The notes under the pieces were generated by a model, which worked only from the letters and a program-made list of their open reading frames with translations, was not told where the DNA came from and ran no database searches. This document shows, piece by piece, positions 1-9,370 of a stretch of DNA of 64,000 nt; the stretch's first letter is position 1, and every line of letters starts with the position of its first letter. The translations under genes were made by a program, and so were the position numbers. Origin of the DNA: Candidatus Woesebacteria bacterium (GTDB taxonomy: Bacteria; Patescibacteriota; Saccharimonadia; Saccharimonadales; EFPC-124); assembly GCA_050115675.1 (NCBI GenBank), contig JASFQB010000003.1, forward strand, positions 98,673-162,672, given 5' to 3'.

Positions 1-478
1 CTATCTTGCAGGACTTTTGTTCTTTTGGAGTAAAAGCTGTAGTGATTTTTTGTGTAAAAATCTAGCGACATTTCTTTTAGGCTTACAAAAATACCCAGCA
101 TCCCACCAACGCTGGCTGTAACTCCGCCCGTTATTAAACCTGCACCTGCACCAAGTAGCCAACGTTTAAGAGTTTTGTTTGCCAGTCCTTTAACGGCGCC
201 GCTTGTTTTGCCGCCCGCGTAAAATCCTTGAGGTTGGGCCTCTCTACTTTGAAGATTGTCTGCGTTGGCGGTTTTTTGTTTTGGAGCAGTTGCTTCTGCT
301 GCGGCGTCTTCGTCCGAGCGCAACCTAGCTTTGGCTTGATCTATCGCTCCTTCTTCTGACGCAATGCCCTCGTTTAACGTAGGTCTGTTGCCAAAATCAC
401 GCTCAAACTTAGCTGCGTAATCAGATTGCGCTGGATTGAGCTGGTCTTGATCTTGGTCTGGCCTAGTTTGGGTTGACA
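1..478 (-). CDS. hypothetical protein with glycine-rich TM segment; 3' end runs off the window
   Basis: Hand translation of minus strand from ATG at 478-476 (MSTQTRPDQDQDQLNPAQSDYAAKFERDF...LGAGAGLITGGVTASVGGMLGIFVSL...) stays open to nt 1. A 3-nt gap after the VirB4-like stop suggests the same operon. Absent from ORF track because there is no in-window stop. Confidence 0.5.
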
Positions 479-481
479 TTA

Positions 482-2437
482 TTAACCTTGTAAGTTAGTG
501 TACTCATTTGGTAGTTGTTGCGGGGACATATCGGCAGCAGGTGCGGTAATGTTTTGCATTTGGTCAGGTGTTGGCGCTGGTGCTGGTGCTGGTGCTGGCT
601 GCTGCTGAAAAGCTTGCATTTGCATCAACTGTTGAGGGTTGGTTGTTATCAAAGATGTTTCTGTTGGCGAGGCAATAACCTGCAAATGCACGTGGCTTTG
701 GCCGGCAAAGAACAGCCCTTGGCCTATTGGGAACTGAGCTAAACGTTTGCGCTCTTCTTCTGTTAACTTAAATACTTCTGCTAAAACATCAACTGCGGAT
801 GTTGACTGCTTTAATAGTATTTGCAGCGAAGAGTTTGCCACAATGGCGCGGCCCATCTTGCTGCTCATAAAGTCCTCTACGTCCTGAGTAATTGTAGTTA
901 GCCCAAGGTAGTATTTACGAGCTCGTTTTGCCAAGCTAAACAAAAAGTTAGCAGAGTCATCGTACTTCATAAGCTGCCAAGCCTCGTCAACAATTAGCAT
1001 GCGCTTTCGTTGGTCGGATCTGGTTTTGTTCCAGATATAGCTAAGTACAATGTACATTGCAACTGGACGTAGTTCGTCTTCTAGGTCGCGAATGTTAAAT
1101 ACAACCATCTGATTGTTGATATTTACGTTGGACTGCTGGCTAAAAATGCCTGCAAATGTGCCAGTGGTGTATTTGCGAAGTCGTTGAGCTAACTGCGGAC
1201 CAGTGCCGCCCATATGTAGTAGCGTTTCGTACAGGTCTATAATTGTTGGCGGCGTAGAATTGTGTGTCAGCGGATCGCTGGTAATTCCTGCTCTGGCGTA
1301 CGTGTCAATTAAAGCTTGATCAAGGTCGGCTTCTTCTACAGGGCTAAGCGCAGGCATGGCAATGCCGTTGGCGGCAAGCTGTGCGCCACCCATCATTTGT
1401 CGTAGTAGTCCGTGCAAGGTAATTAAGTTTGCTCGCAGTGCGTCTTCGGCGTCTTCGCTTTCTATAACTCTTGGTAAGTCAAAGGGGTTTATTCGTGTTT
1501 CGGAGCTTAGCGACAAGCGCACGTAACTACCGCCCACTGCTTCGCATAGGCGCTGGTATTCGTTTTCTGGGTCGATAATTATAACCTCTGCACCTATCAT
1601 CATGCTGCGCAAAGCTTCTAACTTAACAGTAAACGATTTACCGGCACCGGCTTTGGCAAACACTACCATGTTGGCGTTTTCTAGGCTGTAACGGTCAAAA
1701 ATAACCAGGCCATTGTTGTGCATGTTTATGCCGTATAAAATGCCATTATCTTGCGTAAGGTCGGCACTGGTAAACGGGAAGCTAGTGCTTAGTGCGCCAG
1801 TGTTCATGTTGTGTCTAATTTGAAGTTGGTCGGTCATTTGTGGAATTGTTGAATTTAGCCCTTGCTCCATTTGACTGCTAGCGATCTTGCTAAATACTAA
1901 TTGTTGCCCCAAAATAGTTTCGATTTTGTGTTGTACAAACTGAAGCTCGTCCAGGCTGTCTCCATAAACTGTAATATACAGGCCAAATCTGAAAAAGCGC
2001 TCAGCACCAACCTGAAGTTGGTCTCGCAGTTCTTCGGCGTCTTGTATTGCCGCTTCAAGCCCTGGGTCACGAACCTTGCCTTTTTCGGCGTTGATAGAAA
2101 CACTGGCCTCAAGCTGACCTACTTTTTTGCGCAGGTTGTTTAGCACGATCTGACTTTCGACAGGATACATAAACATCGAAATATCAATAACTTCGTCTAT
2201 GTTAACGATTGGGCTTAACCAGCCAGTATAAATTTGGCGAGGATAGCCATAAACATAGATTGTTCGTGCGTAGCGTGTGCCAATTCTAAAATATGATGCC
2301 TGAATTTCTAGCGAGCTTGGCGCAATAATGTCACGTAAAGTGGTAATGCTGCGCAAAAATTCTTGCTCGATTTCTCGTTGCTCGCGCCTTCGCTGTTGTT
2401 CGGCTATGTCAATAGGATCAGTTTTTTTCTTTGCCAT
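482..2437 (-). CDS. virB4: VirB4-like T4SS ATPase (Gram-positive TraE/PrgJ-type)
   Basis: 651 aa. Walker A VFAKAGAGKSFT, Walker B MLIVDEAWQL. N-terminal block IAPSSLEI..YFRIG..YARTIYVYGYPRQIYTGWL is typical of VirB4-family proteins. PAPAPAPAP low-complexity tail. Confidence 0.85.
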   Translation of the reverse strand: MAKKKTDPIDIAEQQRRREQREIEQEFLRSITTLRDIIAPSSLEIQASYFRIGTRYARTIYVYGYPRQIYTGWLSPIVNIDEVIDISMFMYPVESQIVLNNLRKKVGQLEASVSINAEKGKVRDPGLEAAIQDAEELRDQLQVGAERFFRFGLYITVYGDSLDELQFVQHKIETILGQQLVFSKIASSQMEQGLNSTIPQMTDQLQIRHNMNTGALSTSFPFTSADLTQDNGILYGINMHNNGLVIFDRYSLENANMVVFAKAGAGKSFTVKLEALRSMMIGAEVIIIDPENEYQRLCEAVGGSYVRLSLSSETRINPFDLPRVIESEDAEDALRANLITLHGLLRQMMGGAQLAANGIAMPALSPVEEADLDQALIDTYARAGITSDPLTHNSTPPTIIDLYETLLHMGGTGPQLAQRLRKYTTGTFAGIFSQQSNVNINNQMVVFNIRDLEDELRPVAMYIVLSYIWNKTRSDQRKRMLIVDEAWQLMKYDDSANFLFSLAKRARKYYLGLTTITQDVEDFMSSKMGRAIVANSSLQILLKQSTSAVDVLAEVFKLTEEERKRLAQFPIGQGLFFAGQSHVHLQVIASPTETSLITTNPQQLMQMQAFQQQPAPAPAPAPTPDQMQNITAPAADMSPQQLPNEYTNLQG

Positions 2438-2439
2438 TG

Positions 2440-3360
2440 TTAAAATCCCCCCTGAAGGTTAGATTTTGGTGCTTCGCCCTGCCCTTTTGTTATCACAGAT
2501 GCAGTTAAAGCTTCAAAGTTGCCTAGCGGCTGTCGTACGGCAGTATCTGGGTTGTAAACGTTGTAGTAAAGCTCCCCAAGTTCTTTTGTGCTAAGCGCTG
2601 TGCTGTGAATGCCAATTTGCATCAAACCGTTAATTACGGTAGATACCCTGTTACGCAGTTCGTCTTTGGCTTTGTTAAATGTTGCTTCGTCTATCCTGAT
2701 TCGCTGTTGAGACTGGGGCGCAAATAAGTTGGATAGTAAGTTTTTGCTTGTGTTTACTGCGCTATCCATGTTGCCACTTGGGTAATATGGCACAACAATA
2801 AAGAAACTTTTGTCCATGATGTTTGTTTCTTGCGAGATAGCCGAAATAAAGTCAATGTAATCTTCCATTAATACCCCAAGAAGCATGTTGTCTTGCTCTC
2901 GACGTAACTTAACAAGTTTATCTAGATATGGGCCAATGTCAACTCGTTGTGACCTGATTAACACTTGTATTGGGAAGTATAGCGAGTTTAAAAAGTTTTG
3001 GTAAGAATACTCAACTGCCTCGCGCTCGCGAGAGCTCATAAGATCAAAGTTTATTGACCGGCAAGTTACTACCGCGCGCATGCTGCCATCGTTCATAATT
3101 GCAAGGTTGTCGCGAATTTCAGACAAAAGCAAGGCGTTTTGCGTGCTATTAGGGTTGCGTTTTGTAGGAGGTTGCACATTGTTTGCCTGGGCTTGTTTTG
3201 GTTGTATTGGTCGAGCTGTCTGGGCTTGCTGAATGGGCTTTCCTGGAGCTAGAGCTGGGCCATTGGGTGGTAAAGGCTGTATCATTGGCCCTACTGGCGC
3301 ACCAGAGGTCTGACCATTAGATGGCTGTTGCGGAAATTGTGGTGTTTGGTTTGGTGGCAT
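2440..3360 (-). CDS. T4SS-associated protein, Pro/Gln-rich N-terminus, possible VirB4 N-domain-like fold
   Basis: 306 aa, 2-nt gap to VirB4-like gene. The block DGSMRAVVTCRSINFDLMSSREREAVEYSYQNFLNSLYFPIQVLIRSQRVD resembles the N-terminal region pattern of VirB4/TraC proteins (by eye only). Confidence 0.45.
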   Translation of the reverse strand: MPPNQTPQFPQQPSNGQTSGAPVGPMIQPLPPNGPALAPGKPIQQAQTARPIQPKQAQANNVQPPTKRNPNSTQNALLLSEIRDNLAIMNDGSMRAVVTCRSINFDLMSSREREAVEYSYQNFLNSLYFPIQVLIRSQRVDIGPYLDKLVKLRREQDNMLLGVLMEDYIDFISAISQETNIMDKSFFIVVPYYPSGNMDSAVNTSKNLLSNLFAPQSQQRIRIDEATFNKAKDELRNRVSTVINGLMQIGIHSTALSTKELGELYYNVYNPDTAVRQPLGNFEALTASVITKGQGEAPKSNLQGGF

Positions 3361-3380
3361 GATTATATTTCTCTACAAAT

Positions 3381-4355
3381 TTAGTGCAATGATATGACCA
3401 CTTCTCCCTCGTCCCCTTCTTGAAGGCGATGAGCTTCGCGAGCAATCGCGCTAATGCTCAGGTCATTATTATTAGCTAGTCTCATTATATCAGGCGAGAC
3501 GGGTGCAGGTATAGCGCTTGTGCTTTGGTCTTGTGTCTTTGCAGGGGCTTGCGCGATGGTAGGTTGTTCGCCATTTGGACTAATGACTTTTTGATGAATT
3601 GTTGGGTATGGGTTGTATCTTGGGGTGGTAAGTGGTTCGCTTGGTGTAGTCGCTGCTGGTTGTGGTGCAAATTGTTTTTCAAGAACATCCTCGTATGGGT
3701 TAACTGTAAAATGAGGGGCTTGTTGCTGAGATGTTGGGGCTGGCGTGCCTGCTGTGGGTCGTGGTGCTGGCTGCTGCATTCTTGCCATTGCTTCTTCTCT
3801 TTGTTGTTGATTCTTTTTTGCAATAAGTCCGTCAAAAGATTTTGCAAGATCAGCGTGGTCGTCCAAAATGTCAAAAGCATTTGCAGCTTCGTCTGCAACG
3901 TTAGGCATAACTGCTGCCTCGGCCTTGTTTACTCCTTTTAGTGCCCAGCCGCGACTGTCCATAACGCGTGCTAAATAGTCTAGTCGTTGCTCGGCCACCT
4001 CTTGACTAAAAGTCTTTGTTAGCTGCTGCTCTACTACCTTTGGAGCAGTAATTTCAACATATGTAATTGTGCCGTCAGGATTCCACAGGCGTTTGCGTGG
4101 CTTTATCATAAAACGAACAATCGCTAAAAGATATGTTTCCATGGGCTGATCTTTGCGAAGTGGCAAAGCAAGAACGCCAAAAAATATAATTACTGGAATT
4201 GGTATAAACATTAAAAACGGAGAAAGCTGAAACAAAAAGAAAGCAACAAAAGCTCCCCCAGCTGCAATCATAAGATATATAAACTGCCTAAAACTAAAAG
4301 GGCCAATTAGTTTGTCTTCTGCCTCAACGTCTTGTGGAACTTTATAAACCGCCAT
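3381..4355 (-). CDS. PrgI-family (VirB3-analogue) T4SS membrane protein with long disordered C-terminus
   Basis: N-terminus MAVYKVPQDVEAEDKLIGPFSFRQFIYLMIAAGGAF plus two TM helices matches the PrgI-family signature. It lies upstream of the VirB4-like gene, as in Gram-positive T4SS. Confidence 0.6.
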   Translation of the reverse strand: MAVYKVPQDVEAEDKLIGPFSFRQFIYLMIAAGGAFVAFFLFQLSPFLMFIPIPVIIFFGVLALPLRKDQPMETYLLAIVRFMIKPRKRLWNPDGTITYVEITAPKVVEQQLTKTFSQEVAEQRLDYLARVMDSRGWALKGVNKAEAAVMPNVADEAANAFDILDDHADLAKSFDGLIAKKNQQQREEAMARMQQPAPRPTAGTPAPTSQQQAPHFTVNPYEDVLEKQFAPQPAATTPSEPLTTPRYNPYPTIHQKVISPNGEQPTIAQAPAKTQDQSTSAIPAPVSPDIMRLANNNDLSISAIAREAHRLQEGDEGEVVISLH

Positions 4356-4399
4356 TGATTCTATTATGAACGAATATGCGTTTTAATTAAAGTTTAAAA

Positions 4400-4429
4400 C
4401 CGCGCATGTCGGGTTAATGACATGCGCGG
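4400..4429 (-). terminator. rho-independent terminator of 4435-5388 gene
   Basis: 11-bp stem CCGCGCATGTC / GACATGCGCGG with 8-nt loop, followed on the minus strand by TTTTAAAC. Confidence 0.6.
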
Positions 4430-4434
4430 CGCGA

Positions 4435-5388
4435 TCAAGAGCAGATATCGTCTTGGTCGGACAGAATTGGCGGAATGCCGTTTGTGTTAATGTATCGCAG
4501 AGTGGCGGCAAGCAAAGTGACTAGGTCAACCTGCAAGTCACCATCTTGTGCAAACGTAAAACGTCCGTCAATTAATAAAACGCGATGACTGGCAAAAATG
4601 GCGGTGCTGATCTTGCTGGCCTTTTCTTGAAGGGTGATTCCGCTTTTTTGCACAGAGTCATCACTAAGCATATGAACGTATTCGCCACTGTCTTCGACAA
4701 AAAGCGTAGAAAAAAGCTCGCTACCCTTGTAGGATGAATTATATCCGTACAACAGCAAGGGGCAAGCTCGAGCGTCAGAGGTATTGCTTTCAAACGGCAG
4801 ACTGTCACCAAGCGTGGCGGCTGCCTCAAACAAAAAGTTATCTGTAACATCTTCAACGCTTTTGGCACCACGTGCAGTAATTAGCTCGATGTACGGCTTA
4901 AGGTCTTGTTCGGGCGCAATATTATGCGCAATTCCCTCTTTGGGCTTATTGTTGGACTTTTTGCGCTTCTTTTTACCGTCGTTAAACAACCACCATGCAA
5001 TGCCAGCAGAAGCAAACGCCCCCAAGATGGCTCCGTTAAGTGACCAGCTGTATACGTGGGTAGTTATATCTACAGCTTTATGCACCTCTGTGTGTCCGCA
5101 CAAAAAGCTAGCCACAAACGGCAAGAAAAAGGCAGCGGCATACAGCATGCCAGTCTTTTTAAACAAATCTTTAAAAATAAAGACATTGGCCAAAATTGCC
5201 AAAACAATACCAAACCAAACGCTGGGTGTAAAGTTGTGACTGGTTGTGAAAATTACGTTACACTTCTCTGCCGTTCCGATAGTTGTGCACTTTTTGTCAC
5301 CCGCAGCTAAGGGGCATAAGATGGGTAGAAATACAGTTCCCAGGGCAGCAGTGGTCTTTGATTTGACCAGCTGGTTTAGAAGTGACAT
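4435..5388 (-). CDS. hypothetical polytopic membrane protein with cytoplasmic C-domain
   Basis: 317-aa ORF with several hydrophobic helices in the N-terminal half and a KKKRKKSNNK linker. GGAGG lies 9 nt upstream of the ATG. Confidence 0.5.
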   Translation of the reverse strand: MSLLNQLVKSKTTAALGTVFLPILCPLAAGDKKCTTIGTAEKCNVIFTTSHNFTPSVWFGIVLAILANVFIFKDLFKKTGMLYAAAFFLPFVASFLCGHTEVHKAVDITTHVYSWSLNGAILGAFASAGIAWWLFNDGKKKRKKSNNKPKEGIAHNIAPEQDLKPYIELITARGAKSVEDVTDNFLFEAAATLGDSLPFESNTSDARACPLLLYGYNSSYKGSELFSTLFVEDSGEYVHMLSDDSVQKSGITLQEKASKISTAIFASHRVLLIDGRFTFAQDGDLQVDLVTLLAATLRYINTNGIPPILSDQDDICS

Positions 5389-5446
5389 AGCTTGCTACCT
5401 CCAAGGTTCTCTTGCTTTATGTCAACAAGCTGAAACATTTATAACA

Positions 5447-5454
5447 TAATTTTA
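5447..5454. repeat. left target-site duplication TAATTTTA
   Basis: Identical 8-mer abuts the other transposon end at 12356-12363. Confidence 0.8.
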
Positions 5455-5478
5455 GGCAATTATATACTTGACGTTACC
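5455..5478. repeat. IRL GGCAATTATATACTTGACGTTACC
   Basis: The reverse complement of 12332-12355 is GGCAATTATATACTTGATGTTACC (one C/T mismatch). Confidence 0.85.
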
Positions 5479-5496
5479 GCCATACCCCTGTAGAAT
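5468..5496 (+). promoter_or_regulatory. candidate transposase promoter partly inside IRL
   Basis: TTGACG (5468-5473), 17 nt, TAGAAT (5491-5496), 6 nt before the ATG at 5503. Confidence 0.5.
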
Positions 5497-5502
5497 AAGA
5501 GT

Positions 5503-6429
5503 ATGAATGCAACAAATCTCATCGACTTCTACAATGAATTTGCAACCGAAGAAAAATGCGCCGACTTCCTAGCAAAGCAACGTTGGGGAGATAAGATTAT
5601 TTGCCAAAAATGCGGCGTAATTGGCGTTAAAGTTTACAAGCTTGCAAGTGGCCGTCTTAAATGTGCCGAGTGCCGCTCCACTTTTACTGTACGTATGGGC
5701 AGCGTTTTTGAAGACAGCAAAATCCCTCTGCAAAAATGGTTCTTCGCAATTTACCTATGCACAAGCCTCAAAAAAGGCGTGTCATCCATCCAGCTTGCTA
5801 AGTATCTAGGTGTAACCCAAAAGACAAGCTGGTTCATGCTGCAACGCATCCGCTATGTATTTGAAAACGGCACCTTTGAAAAGCTCAAAAACCAGGTTGA
5901 AGTAGACGAAACATACATGGGCGGCCGAGAATCCAACAAACACGCCAGCAAACGAACCAAAGGTACGCAAGGCTTTGGTAGCGCCAAAACAAAAGCACCT
6001 GTTGTTGGCATGGTTGAACGCGGCGGCAATATCCACGCTGTGGCAACAACCGATACCGGCAAGGCCACACTCATGAGCTTAATTCGCAAACATGTAGGCA
6101 TTGACGCAACTGTATATACCGACGAACATAGGCCATACAGAAACCTTCCTAAAATCGGCTACAAACACGAGAGCGTCAACCACGGCGTTAAAGAGTTTGT
6201 AAATGGCATGGCCAATACAAACACGGCGGAGTCATTTTGGTCGCATCTCAAGCGTGGGGTTAACGGCATTTACCACCACGTCAGCGCGAAACACTTGCAG
6301 CGGTACTGCGATGAATACAGCTATCGCTGGAACACCAAGGACATGACCGATGGTGAGCGATTTGAGGACTGGTTTACCAACCTGAATGGTAGGCGTTTGA
6401 CCTACAAGACCCTTATAGATAAAGCTTAG
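5503..6429 (+). CDS. IS1595-family (ISXO2-like) transposase
   Basis: 308 aa. N-terminal zinc-ribbon CQKCG...CAEC, then the EVDETYMGG block and C-terminal NTAESFWSHLKR, which is characteristic of IS1595/ISXO2-like DDE transposases. Confidence 0.9.
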   Translation: MNATNLIDFYNEFATEEKCADFLAKQRWGDKIICQKCGVIGVKVYKLASGRLKCAECRSTFTVRMGSVFEDSKIPLQKWFFAIYLCTSLKKGVSSIQLAKYLGVTQKTSWFMLQRIRYVFENGTFEKLKNQVEVDETYMGGRESNKHASKRTKGTQGFGSAKTKAPVVGMVERGGNIHAVATTDTGKATLMSLIRKHVGIDATVYTDEHRPYRNLPKIGYKHESVNHGVKEFVNGMANTNTAESFWSHLKRGVNGIYHHVSAKHLQRYCDEYSYRWNTKDMTDGERFEDWFTNLNGRRLTYKTLIDKA

Positions 6430-6628
6430 AACTATACAAAAAGTTATCCCCCGACACCCAACCTTTCTAACTTCTCTTTACCTGTTTTTTCTCTCTTTCT
6501 TTTCTCATTTTTTACCTATATAAATATAGGAGTAGGAGGGTTTGGCAAAATAACTATAGTCATATAACCAATCCTTTCAATAAATACCTACATCAAGATC
6601 AAAACTAACAACCAGTAACAATAAATCC

Positions 6629-7498
6629 ATGTCAGATAATCCAGCAATAACTACCAATAATCCAAAATACCGTAAACAACTAAATACAGAACAAGTAGAA
6701 GTACTACATATACTGTATACATTCAGATTTGCTAGCAGTGAACAAATAGCTAAGTACCAAGCAAAACCTAATCCTAAAGCCATACAAAAACGTCTTAAAA
6801 TCCTCGAAGACCAAGACCTAATCGCCAAACGCTACGACAAGTCATATAAGCTCCAAGGCAAACCAGCAGCATATTACCTAACCGCACAAGGCGCACGAAT
6901 ACTAACCAAGCTTGGCAATCGCCCGGCAGATGAGCCAATAAACGTTAAGCTTACCTACAAAAGCAAGGATGCCTCCGAAGGCTTTATTGAGCATTGCAAA
7001 CACATTCTGAACACATATTTGGCGCTATATACTATTCACGGCAGTAAACTAGATTTCTTCACCAAAAGCGATCTTAACTACGAGCAGTACGAATACTACC
7101 CGAAGCCACTACCTGACGCCCATATATGCGTCAAAACCAGCAAAGGCGATAGAAACTTCTTCCTAGATATCTTTGAAGATAAAGACCCGTTTTTCATTAT
7201 GGTAAGGCGTATTAAACGCTACCTAAAATATGCAGAGAGCGGCGACTGGGAGGAAACAGCCCCTACAGTCCTCATGGTCGTACCAAACAAAGCAATACAC
7301 AAACGCTTGCGCAAGCGTATTGCCTACGAACTGAAAGAAAGCTACGAAGACGACATGCGGTTTGCCACAACACGGCTTGAATATGCCATAGCCAAAGACG
7401 ATAACGGTAGAATATGGTTTGCGATTGATGAGGACTATGACCCTGATGAGCCGCAAAAACCTACGACGTTGAACAGATTACCGTGGGGCGATAGTTAG
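6629..7498 (+). CDS. replication-relaxation family protein (putative plasmid/ICE relaxase-like wHTH)
   Basis: N-terminus LNTEQVEVLHILYTFRFASSEQIAKY...RLKILEDQDLIAKRYD matches the Replic_Relax family pattern. Confidence 0.65.
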   Translation: MSDNPAITTNNPKYRKQLNTEQVEVLHILYTFRFASSEQIAKYQAKPNPKAIQKRLKILEDQDLIAKRYDKSYKLQGKPAAYYLTAQGARILTKLGNRPADEPINVKLTYKSKDASEGFIEHCKHILNTYLALYTIHGSKLDFFTKSDLNYEQYEYYPKPLPDAHICVKTSKGDRNFFLDIFEDKDPFFIMVRRIKRYLKYAESGDWEETAPTVLMVVPNKAIHKRLRKRIAYELKESYEDDMRFATTRLEYAIAKDDNGRIWFAIDEDYDPDEPQKPTTLNRLPWGDS

Positions 7499-7500
7499 AA

Positions 7501-7526
7501 CTCCCCATTTGTAACCAAATGGGGAG
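7501..7526 (+). terminator. hairpin terminator after 6629-7498
   Basis: 10-bp stem CTCCCCATTT / AAATGGGGAG, 6-nt loop, starting 3 nt after the stop codon. Confidence 0.55.
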
Positions 7527-7589
7527 TCGCCTGTTTCCGGAGGAAATAGGCTATGTTAGCTAGCCTGAATCACTCGTTTTATGACACTT

Positions 7590-8222
7590 CTAGCTACCAA
7601 AACCAGCGGCTGTCAACATAGCCTCTGGTCTAAGTACCAGTTCATCATGCGCACCAGGCAGCCTAACGAAGCCAACCCCAGCAGATTGAGCAATTAGTGC
7701 ATGTTCTTCTGTCGGCTGAAAAAACTCATCGCCATGCGTATATATCAGGGATATTGGCGTGCCGTTTTGCGTTGCCGTAATCGCGGCAGCCACCGCATCA
7801 AACCTAGAAATCTTGCCAAGTCGTCCGAAATTGTCTAGCGGGTTAATAAGCAACTCAGCGCAAGAACTAGATTCATATAACCTGACTGTTGCAATATCAT
7901 CTGATGATTGCACGCCGATACCCGGCTTGTGCATATTCAGTGTTTTTGTTGCAGTCCTGCCAATAAATTGACGAACGGGCGTTGGGATTGGGGCTCCAAA
8001 TGCCGTAATTCTATTCGGAGCAGTTCCTATGACCGCTAGTAATCCGGCTGAGTGCGTTATTGCGTCGGCTCCGCACAACGCCTCACGTACTTCATCACGA
8101 TGACTCATGGCATACGAGAAGGTATACGGAGTGACATCCGAGTAGTGTTTTCGTAGCGCTAAAGCAACACGCTCTGCGCACTGCCTACCATTACCAAAAC
8201 CGCCAACGTAAACTGCTCTCAT
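7590..8222 (-). CDS. alpha/beta-hydrolase-fold serine hydrolase (putative)
   Basis: 210 aa. Nucleophile-elbow-like ITHSAGL and C-terminal GAHDEL (candidate His). Assignment by motif only. Confidence 0.45.
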   Translation of the reverse strand: MRAVYVGGFGNGRQCAERVALALRKHYSDVTPYTFSYAMSHRDEVREALCGADAITHSAGLLAVIGTAPNRITAFGAPIPTPVRQFIGRTATKTLNMHKPGIGVQSSDDIATVRLYESSSCAELLINPLDNFGRLGKISRFDAVAAAITATQNGTPISLIYTHGDEFFQPTEEHALIAQSAGVGFVRLPGAHDELVLRPEAMLTAAGFGS

Positions 8223-8278
8223 GAAAATATATTATAACATCATCTGCTAATTAACGCAGTTCACGCCAGAGCTAGCGA

Positions 8279-8512
8279 CTAGTTCTTCAGACCTCGAAAC
8301 AAATCTTCGACGTTCACTTTCAAACACTTTGCGATTCTGTGAAGTGTTAATAATCTTGGCCAACGCCGACCTGTTTCAAGATATGTTATCGAAACGGCGC
8401 TAATGTCGAGCATCTCGGCCAGGCCTTCTTGCGTTAGCCCACGGCTTTTGCGAACTTCTGCCAATCTTTTACCAAATGCTTGTAGATATTTCTTTTCTTG
8501 CGAATTCATCAT
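8279..8512 (-). CDS. XRE-family HTH regulator (ETG[KR]RWPR subfamily)
   Basis: 77 aa. FGKRLAEVRKSRGLTQEGLAEMLDISAVSITYLETGRRWPR. Paralogous to 48632-48955 and 52139-52414. Confidence 0.85.
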   Translation of the reverse strand: MMNSQEKKYLQAFGKRLAEVRKSRGLTQEGLAEMLDISAVSITYLETGRRWPRLLTLHRIAKCLKVNVEDLFRGLKN

Positions 8513-8531
8513 ACTTCTAGCGTAGGTAATA

Positions 8532-8612
8532 TTGACAGATTGTTACACAAACAACTTGTCAAACTTTTGGACTTTATGTATTATTCTTACAGAGTAAGGT
8601 TTTACAAGTTGT
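8532..8612. promoter_or_regulatory. candidate operator/promoter region of the divergent XRE module
   Basis: Imperfect palindrome TTGACAGATTGTT (8532-8544) / AACAACTTGTCAA (8550-8562). The 9-bp palindromic core ACAACTTGT (8551-8559) recurs as ACAAGTTGT (8604-8612). TTGTCA-17-TATTAT (8556-8584) faces the + genes. Confidence 0.35.
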
Positions 8613-8625
8613 TAAGATTATAATT

Positions 8626-8895
8626 ATGGCGATCACTAAACTCCCCGACTTTATTGCTCCACCGCAAACCTGCGCAATATGCGGCGTTCCCTTGTCGCTC
8701 AGCAAAGCAACCGCAGGATTGTTCGACTGTCGCGGCCACCAAACCTTCGCCTGCGTTTCGCATTTATCCGAAGTAGAAAAGCTTATCGTTGGCTGGGCAG
8801 ATTTTACGGCTATTCAGCGCCGCAAATTCATGGACTTAGGGCGAGAGCCAAACAACTTAATCTACGGTGGACGCAATGCGAGATTTAATCCTTGA
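8626..8895 (+). CDS. small Cys-rich (zinc-ribbon-like) protein
   Basis: 89 aa, CAICG...C..H...CVSH. First gene divergent from the XRE gene. Overlaps the next ORF by 29 nt. Confidence 0.4.
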   Translation: MAITKLPDFIAPPQTCAICGVPLSLSKATAGLFDCRGHQTFACVSHLSEVEKLIVGWADFTAIQRRKFMDLGREPNNLIYGGRNARFNP

Positions 8896-9328
8896 GGAAT
8901 ACTCTTTTGGTGCAAATCCAGGTACAAAAGACTTGGTACGGCACATGTATACCAGAACGGCCTGCGGCAAGGTTGTTATTATCGCGGATAATCCGACAGC
9001 TTTGTTATCTCCACTACGCAAGCAATGGCTCAAGCTCATGCGTAAAGTACAAAAAGAAGCCGCCAAGACGCTTAATGCCACACGGATTTACGAGTTTGGC
9101 CAAGTTGTAATACGAATGCAAACACTGCAGTTCTCTTACAAATGGTCAGCAGACATATATCCAGCGGATATTTGCCTTGCCACGCCAGAACAATTGCTAC
9201 AATGGGCGCCGGAATGCCGGACGCTTTATGTGACGTGTGAGATCAAGCGAGAGGATTTGTATGTTATTACAGCTTTGATGCCGAAGGGGGCGTTGGTGGT
9301 GATGTGTAAGATAAACTCCAGGTCATAG
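8867..9328 (+). CDS. member 1 of recurrent ~150-aa XRE-associated protein family
   Basis: Shares the blocks K[VI]x[VI]IAxxPxxL[LM]Sxx[RK]K, [DN][IV]C[LF]xxP, LYVT and [DE]LY with 52783-53250 and 55420-56004. The exact start is uncertain (alternative Met codons downstream). Confidence 0.5.
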   Translation: MDAMRDLILEEYSFGANPGTKDLVRHMYTRTACGKVVIIADNPTALLSPLRKQWLKLMRKVQKEAAKTLNATRIYEFGQVVIRMQTLQFSYKWSADIYPADICLATPEQLLQWAPECRTLYVTCEIKREDLYVITALMPKGALVVMCKINSRS

Positions 9329-9370
9329 ATTGCGACCCACTTTTGCATCTTTTAGGATATAATAAACTGT

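Noticed and set aside
5452-5454. Apparent 27-bp rather than 24-bp inverted repeat (extra TTA)
   Set aside because: The extra 3 bp belong to the TAATTTTA target duplication, whose partial self-complementarity mimics IR extension.
6440-6628. Pyrimidine-rich tract and CCTATAT-AA-ATATAGG hairpin (6516-6531) as an oriT/nic site for the replication-relaxation protein
   Set aside because: The idea is attractive given the neighbouring gene, but a 7-bp AT-rich hairpin is expected by chance in this composition and there is no recognisable nic consensus.
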